Source: Promethearchaeota archaeon (lineage in GTDB: Archaea; Asgardarchaeota; Lokiarchaeia; Sigyniarchaeales; SOKP01). From it: DNA of 64,000 bases. Below the pieces are notes generated by a model, which saw only the letters and a program-made list of their open reading frames with translations, was not told the DNA's origin and made no database searches. Made by a program: the position numbers and the translations under genes. The DNA lies in NCBI GenBank assembly GCA_019058445.1, contig JAHPZA010000009.1:480001-544000 (forward strand), read 5' to 3'. Positions 10,208 to 20,766 of this stretch are shown in pieces; within the stretch, counting starts at the first letter, position 1; the number at the start of each line of letters is the position of its first letter.

Positions 10208-10240
10208 AATTAATAAGATAATAAAAGGATATAATTTAAC

Positions 10241-11134
10241 ATGACAAATCAATCAATTATAGAAAAGCTTGGTTTTGATGCGTCTGATAAAGTTGTTATT
10301 TTCCATATTGATGATATGGGTTTTTCTCATACATCGAATATAGCTTCTTTTGAATGTTTAGATTTTGGAATCGCAAGTTGTGGATCCATTCTTGTGCCTG
10401 CCCCCTGGTTTTTAGAAGTGGCGTCTATTTGCAGAAAGAATCCCAAGTATGATGTGGGAATTCATTTAACCTTCACGTGTGAATATGATTTATACCGATG
10501 GCGCGCTTTAAGTAGTGTTGATCCCACATCAGGATTATTAGATTCGGAGAAATCCCTTTGGCGTACATCTGAGGAAGCTATTTCAAATGTGACTATAACA
10601 GCCGCAGAACTTGAAATGCGAGCTCAAATTCAAATGGCTTTAGATAATGGTATTGATGTTACTCACATCGACACGCACATGGGAACAGTCATTAATCCAA
10701 AGTTTCTTCCAATATATTTAAAAATGGCTCGAGAATTCAAGGTTCCTGCGTTTTTACCAAGGGTTAATAGAGAAATATTAATTAATGAAGGATTAGGGGA
10801 CAGCGCTGATGCTATTTTAAAAATGTTCTCAAAAATAGAAGAGAGTGGAGCTCCCTTACTCGATTATATGGTTATAGATACAACTGGAGATTATCCCGAT
10901 AAAGTAGAATATTATTGCAAGCGCATGGCAGAAATAAAGCCTGGCTTAACACATTTTTTATTTCATCCTGCCAAAATGAGTTCTGAATTAGAAGGAATAA
11001 CACCTGACTCTGCAAGTTGGCGAGATCAAGATTATAAGGCATTTACAGACCCACGTATAAAAGAATGTGTAGAAAAATACGATTTACATATAATTGGGTA
11101 CAGAAAAATTCGTGAATATATCAGAAATCAATAG
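10241..11134 (+). CDS. YdjC/ChbG family carbohydrate deacetylase
   Basis: 'HIDDMG', 'GIHLT', 'THIDTHMG', 'FHP'. Confidence 0.9.
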   Translation: MTNQSIIEKLGFDASDKVVIFHIDDMGFSHTSNIASFECLDFGIASCGSILVPAPWFLEVASICRKNPKYDVGIHLTFTCEYDLYRWRALSSVDPTSGLLDSEKSLWRTSEEAISNVTITAAELEMRAQIQMALDNGIDVTHIDTHMGTVINPKFLPIYLKMAREFKVPAFLPRVNREILINEGLGDSADAILKMFSKIEESGAPLLDYMVIDTTGDYPDKVEYYCKRMAEIKPGLTHFLFHPAKMSSELEGITPDSASWRDQDYKAFTDPRIKECVEKYDLHIIGYRKIREYIRNQ

Positions 11135-11259
11135 TAAAATAGATCATTAACGAAATTATGGTTCAATTAATCAATCCCTTTAATATATATCACTTCCCTG
11201 AATATACAAATTTTAAAGCTATTTATCAATTTACATCATATTAGTTTTACAATTTTTAA

Positions 11260-12645
11260 ATGATAATTATGAACGAAGATCATGTACCAACTGGTAAAAA
11301 AATATCATGGGCAGTCGCAAATGTAGGGAGTTTAGCAATTGGCCAAGCATCGATACTTCTCCTCTATGCGTACTATTTCTTGTATTTGGGAGTACCACTT
11401 TCTCCGCTTGGAATTAGTTTAGTTTTAATGATTTATGGGATATGGGATGCAGTCAATGAACCTTTGATTGGTCATATTTCTGATATTTCAAGGAGTAAAT
11501 GGGGTCGTAGAAAACCGTATATTGCAATTGGATTAGTTCCGCTATTAATATGTTCATATTTAATTTATACTCCTCCTGTAAATGATCCTATAACAACCAC
11601 AATCTATTTGATCGTGATTTTGATTTTATACGAGACGTCCGTTACTATGGTATTTACTTTATGGTTTGCGCTATACCCAGAGTTAACTCTAGATCAAAAT
11701 GAAAGACTAGCTATCTCAAGATTTAAAGAGATATTCGGAGTGTTAGGCTTGATTTTAGGACTCGCTATTGCTCCTTTAATTGCTGGCTCGTTTAAAGATC
11801 CTATGCTAGGTTTCTCGTTAATGGGGCTAACGTTAGGTATTATTGCTGTCGTATTCATGCTTCCCACCTTATTCTTTATTAAGGAACGGAAAGAATCTCA
11901 GATTATTAAGGAAAACAGAATTGGATTTATTAAATCAATGAAGATTTCATTAAAGAGTAGAAGCTTTGTGTGCTTTATTCTAGTTCAATTTTTGCTTCAG
12001 CTTTCTTATTCAGTTGTGCTCTCTGGGTTACCACTGTTTTTTGAAGGAGTATTAGGCATGGGCGCAAGTGAATGGGCTATTCAAATGCTACTAATATTTT
12101 GTGTTGTTATTCCAGGATTATATGTATGGATAAAAATCGCGGAAAAAAAAGGGACTAAATATGCGTTATTTATTTCCATGCTCTGTTTTAGCATAACATT
12201 CCCATTAATTTTTCTCGTATATAACCCCACATCGATGTTAATTGTTCTTTTAATTGCTGGTTTTGGACTTGGAGGGTTAATGATTTTTCCAACAGTCCTA
12301 CTTAGTGACGTAATAGATGAGGATCATACGAAAACCAATGAACGAAGGGAAGGAATTTTTAACGGAGTTTCAGGTGTTATCGTAAAATCCTCAAATGCCA
12401 TCAGTTGGTTGGTTTTAGGTATTGTGCTTACGATTTTTCAAATTAATCGAGAAAATGTAAGTCCATCTACTCTGACACCTTCTGGTGAATTAGGACTTAG
12501 AATATTATTGGGGGTGATTCCAGTAATTTTTATTTTATTGGGTATGCTCTTCTTATATCTTTATCCTTTAACTGGCGAAAGATTAGATGAAGTAAAAAGC
12601 AAAGTGAGAGAACTGAAAGAGGAAAAGGCTAAAAATTCTAGCTAA
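11260..12645 (+). CDS. MFS GPH-family (MelB-like) glycoside transporter
   Basis: 'WDAVNEPLIG.ISD..RSKWGRRKPY', 'DVIDED....RREG'; about 12 TM segments. Confidence 0.92.
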   Translation: MIIMNEDHVPTGKKISWAVANVGSLAIGQASILLLYAYYFLYLGVPLSPLGISLVLMIYGIWDAVNEPLIGHISDISRSKWGRRKPYIAIGLVPLLICSYLIYTPPVNDPITTTIYLIVILILYETSVTMVFTLWFALYPELTLDQNERLAISRFKEIFGVLGLILGLAIAPLIAGSFKDPMLGFSLMGLTLGIIAVVFMLPTLFFIKERKESQIIKENRIGFIKSMKISLKSRSFVCFILVQFLLQLSYSVVLSGLPLFFEGVLGMGASEWAIQMLLIFCVVIPGLYVWIKIAEKKGTKYALFISMLCFSITFPLIFLVYNPTSMLIVLLIAGFGLGGLMIFPTVLLSDVIDEDHTKTNERREGIFNGVSGVIVKSSNAISWLVLGIVLTIFQINRENVSPSTLTPSGELGLRILLGVIPVIFILLGMLFLYLYPLTGERLDEVKSKVRELKEEKAKNSS

Positions 12646-12672
12646 CATTATTTTTCTTTTTTAATTTTTTTT

Positions 12673-14535
12673 TTAGTAATTCTCTATTTTTAATTCAAAT
12701 AGTTTATTCTTTGTAGGTATGCCGTTTACATCCCATCCTCTAAATTTATAGTATTCTTCTAACATGAGATCTATTGTGAGAACCTTGTCCTTTACTCTAC
12801 CTTTCTCTAAAGGAAATTTTAATCGAGGAGGAATTCTATCGTCTTTCTTCGTAATTCCACATTTATTATTAAAAACTCGTTTTAAATTAAAAATTCTTTC
12901 TCCAATCTCCATTAGCTCAGATAAAGCTAATTTTATTTCTATTAAATAATAAATTTCATCAAGTATTAAATCTAATAAGTTTTCTACGATTTGAGAGCCT
13001 GATGATATCGATTGACGGCAAATCCCTAATGCATTATTAATTTCTGATAAATTTTGAGAGATAGCAACATCTCTTGCAAATTCTGGATTATCAATTGTTC
13101 TTTCCTTGATAGGTTTTTCTTTAGAAATTTTTAAGGCTTCATTAAAACCAGTAAATCCAGAATATAAATCATTCGCAAAACCTCTTAGATGACACGCACC
13201 ACGATTCGAAGTAGCATATTGTAATCCCAATGGAAATATCGCACGAGGATCATGCATTGGAGCTTCTAATCCTTTAATCTCAGCTAGGAATTCCTCAGAA
13301 CCGTTTCCTATAATTTCAGAAGCTTTCCGAGATCCATTACTTAAAATTTTTCCAATTCCCTCTTTTTTACACATTAGATTTAAAAGCTTAATAGCTGCAT
13401 CAGCATCACCCCATTCTAAGGGAAATCCTATATCGTCTTGAGTTAAAATACTCTTCTCATAACAATCCATCGCAAAAGCTATTGTGCATCCCGCGGATAT
13501 AGTATCGACTCCCATAGTGTTACACAGATGATTCATATAAGCTATTGCCTCCACGTTTGAGATTAAACACATGGCACCAAAAGCCGCTGTAGTTTCATAT
13601 TCTGAACAAGCAGCATTTGATATTTTATAAGGACCTTCCTTTATTTCAATTTCTCTACCACAACTGAAGGGACATAAATAACAGGGTCTACTTTTTACGT
13701 GTAATCTTTCCAATACAACGGAACCAGATATCTCGTTGACTCCTTTCCATTTATGCAAAGTCCAATTTTTATGGGGTACATCAGCCAGTCTTTCAAAATA
13801 ATCAATATTATTGGTACCAAAATTCTTCAAGACATCTCCCATTGCAGATTTTTTAAATGATAAAAAGATTGACTTCGAAATGTTATTGAACTTTTCTTCA
13901 TTGAAATAATCAATTTTTTTAGAACTCTTTACTGCTATCGCTTTAAGGTTTTTTGAGCCCATAACCGCACCCATTCCTCCTCTACCAACGGCTCTAAAAT
14001 GATCATTTATAATAGAGGCCAAAGGAACATTTATTTCACCAGAAGTACCGATACACGTGACTTTATAATTTTTTCCTAATTCAGATCGTAAGTTTTGTAT
14101 GGTTTTATCCGTAGTTAAACCCCATAAATCTGAAGCATCTTTTAGTTCATAATGATCATCTTCAATTTTTAAATATACGGGAGAATCTGCTTTATTTTCA
14201 ATAATAATTCCATTTAACACCTTTCTTAATTCTGCTCCAAAAAACCCTCCGGATAAACCCTCTCCATAAATTGTAGTCAATGGTGATCTCGCAGATACGG
14301 AGTAAAATCCAGAACAAGGAAATGAAGTACTTGTTAATAATCCCGTCATTACCACTAAAGGATTCTTCTCGCTTAAAGGGTCATATTCAAACACTTTTTG
14401 TTTCATCAAATAATCAATTGCAAATCCAGGACCCCCCAAAAATGTCATTACATCATTCTTATTTATATATCTCTCATTAAAAGATTTGTTTTTAAGATTA
14501 ACCTTTAAAATTTTCCCAAATTTTTCATTTCCCAT
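12673..14535 (-). CDS. Tungsten-dependent aldehyde:ferredoxin oxidoreductase family protein
   Basis: 'GRGGMGAVMGSKNLKA', 'CYLCPFSC', 'EYET', 'DTIS.G', 'RGACH', 'YY..RGW'. Start moved to the ATG of MGNEK. Confidence 0.92.
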   Translation of the reverse strand: MGNEKFGKILKVNLKNKSFNERYINKNDVMTFLGGPGFAIDYLMKQKVFEYDPLSEKNPLVVMTGLLTSTSFPCSGFYSVSARSPLTTIYGEGLSGGFFGAELRKVLNGIIIENKADSPVYLKIEDDHYELKDASDLWGLTTDKTIQNLRSELGKNYKVTCIGTSGEINVPLASIINDHFRAVGRGGMGAVMGSKNLKAIAVKSSKKIDYFNEEKFNNISKSIFLSFKKSAMGDVLKNFGTNNIDYFERLADVPHKNWTLHKWKGVNEISGSVVLERLHVKSRPCYLCPFSCGREIEIKEGPYKISNAACSEYETTAAFGAMCLISNVEAIAYMNHLCNTMGVDTISAGCTIAFAMDCYEKSILTQDDIGFPLEWGDADAAIKLLNLMCKKEGIGKILSNGSRKASEIIGNGSEEFLAEIKGLEAPMHDPRAIFPLGLQYATSNRGACHLRGFANDLYSGFTGFNEALKISKEKPIKERTIDNPEFARDVAISQNLSEINNALGICRQSISSGSQIVENLLDLILDEIYYLIEIKLALSELMEIGERIFNLKRVFNNKCGITKKDDRIPPRLKFPLEKGRVKDKVLTIDLMLEEYYKFRGWDVNGIPTKNKLFELKIENY

Positions 14536-14706
14536 TTTATCTTCAATCGCTTTTATTATGCTTCTTAGAGTGAATATTATTAATAAATTCGATAGATTCG
14601 GATTTAATTTTAATATTATTAAATATAAGCTTAATGAAAAAACCAATCTTTTTTTAAAAGGCAGAATTTAAATAAGGAATAATAAATCAACTTTCAGTGA
14701 TTAGCA

Positions 14707-15774
14707 ATGATTTTTACTGAATATGCTAAAATTTATACAAAAAAGATTAATGAGGCAATAAGCGCTATTTATGACAAGAAACTGGGAAAAGTGAAAAATA
14801 AATTTTTAAACACATACTATTCGGAATTGAAAGATTATTTCTTATCAGGAGGAAAAAGAATACGTCCTTTACTATGTATCGCGACTTATAACGCTTTTAA
14901 GAAAGGAGAAGGTGATGAAATTATTATTCCAAGCGTAGGAGTGGAATTCCTCCATAATGCTTCACTAGTTCATGATGATATAATAGATAAAGATGATTTT
15001 AGGCGTGGAAAACCAGCTTTTCATTATAGATTCAAAAAATTGCATTCGAAATATAGCCTAAAAAAAATGTTAGCAGACGATTTTGGAACCAGCATTGGTA
15101 TAATTGGAGGGGATTCTGCGTTCTTTATTGGATTAGAAGCATTTCTTTTCAATACATTTGATAAACTCTTGAATATTAAAGCAGTTGAATATTATGAGCA
15201 AGCCTTTATTGAAATAAGCGATGGAGTGCTTATTGAAATTGATATGGTAAACCAAAAGGATTTACAGATACAGGATTATATCGAAATGATCTCTTTAAAA
15301 ACAGGTGCTTTAATTGAAAAATCAATAATGATTGGAGCGACATATGCTGAAGTAGAGGAAAAATATAGAAAATTACTTTCTACATACGGCATGAATTTAG
15401 GAATTATATTCCAAATAATTGATGATATATTAGGTACCTTCGGAGATGAAAAAGTCACTGGGAAACCAACAGATGGAGATATTCGGGAAGGCAAAAAAAC
15501 ATGTTTACTGATTGAATCATTAAGTAAATTAGAAAAAAATAAAAGAAAACAGCTTGAAAAGTTAATTGAAAAACCAGAGATGACGGAAAATGATGTTCAA
15601 CAAGTAAAAGAACTATTCCAAGACGCAGATGCAATTAATTCATGTAAAGAATTAGCGAATAGCTATTATTCAGAAGCAAAATCTGCATTGGAAGAGTTAA
15701 AGGCTGCTATGAATCAATCAGAAGCGGAGTTTTTTGAGAGTTTATTAAAATTCGTGGCAGAAAGAAAATTTTAA
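14707..15774 (+). CDS. Polyprenyl diphosphate synthase (GGPP synthase, IdsA-like)
   Basis: 'GGKRIRP', FARM 'HDDIIDKDDFRRG', 'KTG', SARM 'FQIIDD', 'DIREGKKT'. Confidence 0.93.
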   Translation: MIFTEYAKIYTKKINEAISAIYDKKLGKVKNKFLNTYYSELKDYFLSGGKRIRPLLCIATYNAFKKGEGDEIIIPSVGVEFLHNASLVHDDIIDKDDFRRGKPAFHYRFKKLHSKYSLKKMLADDFGTSIGIIGGDSAFFIGLEAFLFNTFDKLLNIKAVEYYEQAFIEISDGVLIEIDMVNQKDLQIQDYIEMISLKTGALIEKSIMIGATYAEVEEKYRKLLSTYGMNLGIIFQIIDDILGTFGDEKVTGKPTDGDIREGKKTCLLIESLSKLEKNKRKQLEKLIEKPEMTENDVQQVKELFQDADAINSCKELANSYYSEAKSALEELKAAMNQSEAEFFESLLKFVAERKF

Positions 15775-15906
15775 ATAATTTTATTAGTCTCTGTACTTTT
15801 TTGTGAGGCTATTTTTAGTTTCTAAATAGCTTTTTTGAAAAACTCATATTTAAATATTATCTACAGTGCTAGAAATGTGTAAATAATAAATAGTCTTATA
15901 GGAAAA

Positions 15907-16314
15907 TTGACACCCAAAAATAATCTTAATAAAATCTCTTATGATATTTTAATAGTAGATGATAGTAGATACATTATTTAGTTATTAACTAAAATATTTA
16001 CGTTGAAAGGGTATACTTGTAAGTCTGTGAAAGATTTTGCTGGAACAATGGACGAAATAAATGATAACAAACCAAGGTTAATATTCTTAGATGTAAATAT
16101 GCCTGATATTAATGGATATCAATTATCTGAAATGATTAAATCAAATGAAAGGTACAAAAATATTCTCGTCTATTATCTAACCGGAATAGCTAAATCTGAA
16201 ATCTCTGTGAAAACATTAGAAACAAAAGCAGATGGATTTATAACAAAACCCTTTGATCTCTCAGACTTTAATGATGTATTTGATTATCTCAATCTTAAAA
16301 AAATGGATAATTAA
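15907..16314 (+). pseudogene. Stand-alone response-regulator receiver domain with an in-frame TAG at 15979-15981
   Basis: In-frame upstream 'YDILIVDDSRYII*LLTKIF' continues into 'LIFLDVNMPDING...FITKPF'. Confidence 0.75.
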
Positions 16315-16345
16315 AGAATACTAATTTTAACATTTCTAATAAGCA

Positions 16346-17845
16346 CTAAATTTTCCTTAGTAAACGGATGAATATTTTCCAAAAGTTCTCAACGCTCTGA
16401 ATATCCAATCGTTCATCTGGAGAGTGTAAAGCATCAAGAGTAGGGCCTATTGTGATCATATCAAGATCTGGAAAATTCAATCTAAATACTCCTGGTTCTA
16501 AGCCTCCGTGAACTGCTGTGATGATAATATTTTCCATCGATAATTCTTCATAAGTTTCTTTAGTAAGATGTAGTAATGGTGAATCAAAATTCGGATTCCA
16601 TTCACCAAAGCCTCCCATTTGCCTGAATTTTATTTTTAAATCAGCATTTTTAAATAGATCTATTATCTTATCAGATATTTCTTTATAGGATGTCTTTTCA
16701 AAACTTCTTTGCATTGTATCAATTTTAATTCGGTTTGTTTTTGAAATAATAGAAGCTAGATTTGTTGATGAGTGTACTAAATTTTCGAATTTGGGATGCA
16801 TTGAAATAGGACCATGAGGAAATGAATTTAAAACGTCTAAAAATTTATCTTGGAACTCCTTTGAATATAGAAAATCTTCCGGATTACTTTCCAATTTCAC
16901 GAGTGCTATCTCAATATTAGGATCAATTTTGGAATACTCTTTTTTTATTTCTGAGACTAGACCATCAAAAAATTCCTTAAGTTGTTTTATATCTTCGTTT
17001 TTTACATAAAAAATTGCCCTAGCTTCTCTTGGCAAGGCATTACGATGTGTGCTACCACCATCAATTGATTTAACGTAAATTGAATTGTTTTGATTAAGTC
17101 TTTTTAATATTTTCGCTATCAATTTAATAGGATTTGGCCGACCTTTATCTATATCACCACCAGAATGCCCCCCAAGTAATCCAGTTATCTGTATTTCTAA
17201 AGGCTGTAATTTACCTTCTATTTGATTTACATTAATTAAGTCAATTTTCACTTCTACATATGTAAGTAATGCCCCTACACATCCTATTGTTATTACATTT
17301 TCCCTCGCCGAATCGAGATTTATTAAGGTTTTACTTCTTAAAAGGTCTTTATCAATTTGCAGTGCCCCTGACATACTAGATTCTTCTGAAACAGTAAATA
17401 CTAAGTCTATTTCTAAATTTTCAAAAATTAAATCTCCCTTGTGAATTTTCTTCATTATTGCTAAAGAGTATGCCATGCCAGTTGCGTTGTCAGCCCCTAG
17501 AGTAGTACCCTCAGCAGTAAGCCATTTTTTACCATCGAAAGTAATAACTTTCAGTTTTAGAGGATCTTTAGAGAAATCATGCTCAACTTCTTTATTCTTT
17601 TCGCAGACCATATCCATGTGACTTTGTATAATTATGATGGATTTTTTTTCTTTTTTTGGAGGTATTATTACTAAGATGTTCCCGGCGTTATCACTTTTTG
17701 TCTCAAAATTGAATTTTTCTGCTTCTTCTTTTATATATTCTCTGACTTTACCCTCATTACCAGAACAATGCGGAATTTTTGAAATATCTTCAAAATATTC
17801 CCAAAATTCTAAAGGAGAACTCAAATCATGAAGATTAACTGACAT
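16346..17845 (-). CDS. pepD: Aminoacyl-histidine dipeptidase (M20C)
   Basis: 'QSHMDMV', 'TTLGADN', 'SEE', 'GGHSG', 'HGGLE', 'HSPDE'. Confidence 0.92.
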   Translation of the reverse strand: MSVNLHDLSSPLEFWEYFEDISKIPHCSGNEGKVREYIKEEAEKFNFETKSDNAGNILVIIPPKKEKKSIIIIQSHMDMVCEKNKEVEHDFSKDPLKLKVITFDGKKWLTAEGTTLGADNATGMAYSLAIMKKIHKGDLIFENLEIDLVFTVSEESSMSGALQIDKDLLRSKTLINLDSARENVITIGCVGALLTYVEVKIDLINVNQIEGKLQPLEIQITGLLGGHSGGDIDKGRPNPIKLIAKILKRLNQNNSIYVKSIDGGSTHRNALPREARAIFYVKNEDIKQLKEFFDGLVSEIKKEYSKIDPNIEIALVKLESNPEDFLYSKEFQDKFLDVLNSFPHGPISMHPKFENLVHSSTNLASIISKTNRIKIDTMQRSFEKTSYKEISDKIIDLFKNADLKIKFRQMGGFGEWNPNFDSPLLHLTKETYEELSMENIIITAVHGGLEPGVFRLNFPDLDMITIGPTLDALHSPDERLDIQSVENFWKIFIRLLRKI

Positions 17846-18234
17846 ATCTCATATTTACCTTAAATATTTAAAAACATCGTGTTTTATAATTAATAGAAAA
17901 AGTCTATTACTTTAAAAGATTAAGGAGATATTAAAGCAAATTAACGCTTATCTAAAAATTATTAAATTCAATAATTTATAAACAATTTTATTTGATCACT
18001 TAAAATTAAACCTAAATCTTTTAGCGTAATAACTAATAACCTAATGAAACGTAATATGTAGATGAAATAAATGATGACAAAACAGAAGGAAGGATTGGCT
18101 TTGTCTATGAGGAGGGAGACAAAGATTTTAAGGGACTTAAAGGAAATCTTATTCATATTCTTGCGGATATCAGAGTAATAAATTCTCCCGAATACGTGAA
18201 ATGGTTCTGGATATGTATATATTTAGTAAAATTT

Positions 18235-19335
18235 TTAATCCAATACTTGAATAAAATATCCGAGAATCCTTAATTTATTTTCAAAACGATTTAAATCCGC
18301 GATAATTCCTTTTAAACCAGTTCCGTCATGAACTAATGATTTTTCAAAATTAAGTGTAACTACTCCCATTTTTCCGGGAATTAATTCCTCTCCTTGGCTA
18401 AATTTAAACGGAGATCCCTTCAATTCAACAAAACTATGATATTGGATTCCATCTCCAGGTTTTATTTTTCCTCCTTTAGGTTTATAAAATTTATTAAGAT
18501 AAACTTTCGCCTTAATCTCATGTTCTCTTACAAATTTTCCTTGAGAAACGATAATATTATCACGGCTGATATCCTCAGGGGAAATATTACCCTTTAAGGC
18601 TAAGCCTACTCGGTCTCCTTCATAAGCCATTTTAAAATCTCTATCATGCTTTTGAATACTTCTTATTATTATTTTTTTACCCTGACCCTCGTATCCTATA
18701 AGCTCAACCATTTGACGGGTATTAATTAATCCTCTTTTTACAATTCCAAGAATTACAGTTCCAATTCCTTTTACTGGAAAGACATGATCGATCAAAATTT
18801 TAGAGTATGGGGCTATTTCTAACTCTGGTTCTGGTAAATTTAATCCTAATTCAACAATTTTTTGTTTTAAATTTTCATAATCTTCTTTACAAATAAGTTT
18901 AAAGATTTCTGTTCCTTTTAGACTTGTTGAGTTTAAAATCTTCTCAATTTCACTCTCAATCTGAATTAATTTCCATTTAGTTTTTGAATTTATTCCCGTA
19001 ATTATCACAAGACATTCTGTTTTAAATAATTGATGATATAAATCCATACCCACGAGTATTTCGCCTACTGTCGCATTTAGACCTAATTCTAAATCAATAA
19101 CTAATAAATGGATATTAGACATTTTTAATACTTGTAAGAAAGGCTTTATTTTATCGGGATAATCAATGGGAGTCATAGCACAAAAAACATGACCTGCCTC
19201 TACATTTAATCGATTAAAAAAAAGTATATCAGACTTAGTTCCTGGAGCCCCTAACGCCTGTCCAATTAACTGTTGATGGTCAAAATTTTCCCCGAAAATT
19301 CCAATGAGAAAATTTCTCTCTTTAGCTTCACTCAT
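18235..19335 (-). CDS. Archaeal SelB-like (SelBL) / EF-Tu domain-II protein with degenerate G domain
   Basis: 'GTKSDI', 'IDHVFPVKGIGTVILG', 'IRSIQKHD', 'GDRVGLALKG'; no GxxxxGK P-loop. Confidence 0.8.
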   Translation of the reverse strand: MSEAKERNFLIGIFGENFDHQQLIGQALGAPGTKSDILFFNRLNVEAGHVFCAMTPIDYPDKIKPFLQVLKMSNIHLLVIDLELGLNATVGEILVGMDLYHQLFKTECLVIITGINSKTKWKLIQIESEIEKILNSTSLKGTEIFKLICKEDYENLKQKIVELGLNLPEPELEIAPYSKILIDHVFPVKGIGTVILGIVKRGLINTRQMVELIGYEGQGKKIIIRSIQKHDRDFKMAYEGDRVGLALKGNISPEDISRDNIIVSQGKFVREHEIKAKVYLNKFYKPKGGKIKPGDGIQYHSFVELKGSPFKFSQGEELIPGKMGVVTLNFEKSLVHDGTGLKGIIADLNRFENKLRILGYFIQVLD

Positions 19336-19513
19336 TTAGTTTTTAAAAAGTAGAATAAAACAAAAATTTTTCGATATTGATTTTGTAATTAATTTTTATT
19401 AGAAGAAATAATTAAAATTAGACTCCTTTTTATTTAAATAGAGTTAAATACTTGATATCTTAAATGAGTAGCACTGTCATTTACTTTTAAAAAGTATTCA
19501 TAAGGAAATTATT

Positions 19514-20755
19514 ATGACTCAAAAAAATAACAGTATGCTATTGGAAAATAATACAAATATTCAAGAAAGACGATATGATATCGATGCATTGAGAGTAATA
19601 GCAACAATTTTATTAATTTATTTTCATACTGCAATGATATTTAATATTTGGTCTGTATATCACCTCAAGGACAATGAATTAAGTTTAGAAGCTGCATTAT
19701 TTGTATCTTTTCTTAACATTTGGCATATGCCTCTCTTTTTTCTTTTAGCTGGAATTAGTACATATTATGCTTTAAATTTTCGAACTAAAGATGAATATGC
19801 TAAAGAACGTGTTAAAAGATTGCTCATACCGCTTATATTTGGAATTTTAATAGTTGTTCCACCTCAAGTGTATTATGAGCGATTGGCGTGGTGGAGTGAA
19901 ACTAGACATAGTCCAATTAATTTTAACGGTTCTTATCTTGAGTTTTATCCCCAATTTTTTATTGGAATTTATCCGAATGGTAATTTTAGCTGGCATCATC
20001 TTTGGTTTATGTGGTATTTATTCTTTATTTCTTTAATCGCATTACCATTATTCATAAAGCTAAAAAGTGACAATGGAAAACAACGAATCTCACGTATAGC
20101 ATCATCAGTTGAGAATGGTCGAAAGGTTTTCTTTCTTGCTATTCCATTAATAATTGTAAATATTTGCCTTCGCTGGATATTTCCGGACTCTCATAATTTT
20201 ATTTTTGATTGGGCGGCAATTCTTCATTTTCTTTTAATTTTCATATTTGGGTTTTTAATGGTTGCGGATTCTCGATTTGAGGATTCAGTAGCCCGAAATA
20301 AAAGATTAGCGTTATTTTTTGGTATTATTATAGCGATTTTCACTTTAACATTTGATGCGTTAATATATCTGAATTCGAATTCTGCATTAATTGTCAACAT
20401 AGGCAACAATTTTGCTGTTTTAATCACAATATATATAATTGGGACAGGACTTTGGTCTTTTTGTGTATGGTGTTGGTTAATTGCTTTTTTAGGGTATGGG
20501 CGGAAGTATTTAAATAAACAAAATTCTTTTATTAAACATTTTAGTGAAATAGCTCTTCCTTTCTATATATTGCATCAAACAATAATAATAATTGTAGGTT
20601 TCTACGTAGTCCAATGGGAAATAAATATTTTAGTGAAATATTTAGTAATTACTACAGCTGCTTTATTTATAACGCTTATAATCTGTGAAGTAATAAAAAC
20701 AAACAAGATTACTCGGTTTATGTTCGGAATGAAAGTAATCAAAAAAAAGATGTAG
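19514..20755 (+). CDS. Acyltransferase-3 family (OpgC/MdoC-like) membrane protein
   Basis: 'RRYDIDALR', 'MPLFFLLAG', 'RVKRLLIP', 'HLWF', 'YILHQ'. Confidence 0.9.
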   Translation: MTQKNNSMLLENNTNIQERRYDIDALRVIATILLIYFHTAMIFNIWSVYHLKDNELSLEAALFVSFLNIWHMPLFFLLAGISTYYALNFRTKDEYAKERVKRLLIPLIFGILIVVPPQVYYERLAWWSETRHSPINFNGSYLEFYPQFFIGIYPNGNFSWHHLWFMWYLFFISLIALPLFIKLKSDNGKQRISRIASSVENGRKVFFLAIPLIIVNICLRWIFPDSHNFIFDWAAILHFLLIFIFGFLMVADSRFEDSVARNKRLALFFGIIIAIFTLTFDALIYLNSNSALIVNIGNNFAVLITIYIIGTGLWSFCVWCWLIAFLGYGRKYLNKQNSFIKHFSEIALPFYILHQTIIIIVGFYVVQWEINILVKYLVITTAALFITLIICEVIKTNKITRFMFGMKVIKKKM

Positions 20756-20766
20756 AAGTTATACCA

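Noticed and set aside
15979-15981. Genome-wide TAG recoding (pyrrolysine)
   Set aside because: Several intact genes in the window end at TAG at the expected C-terminus, and no pyl genes are present here.
18040-18230. Purine-rich stretch with ATGATGA next to the SelB-like gene (C/D sRNA, SECIS or gene fragment)
   Set aside because: No matching D box (CTGA) or convincing stem. The plus-strand open frame lacks a start and a recognisable homolog, and the 62-aa minus ORF looks spurious.
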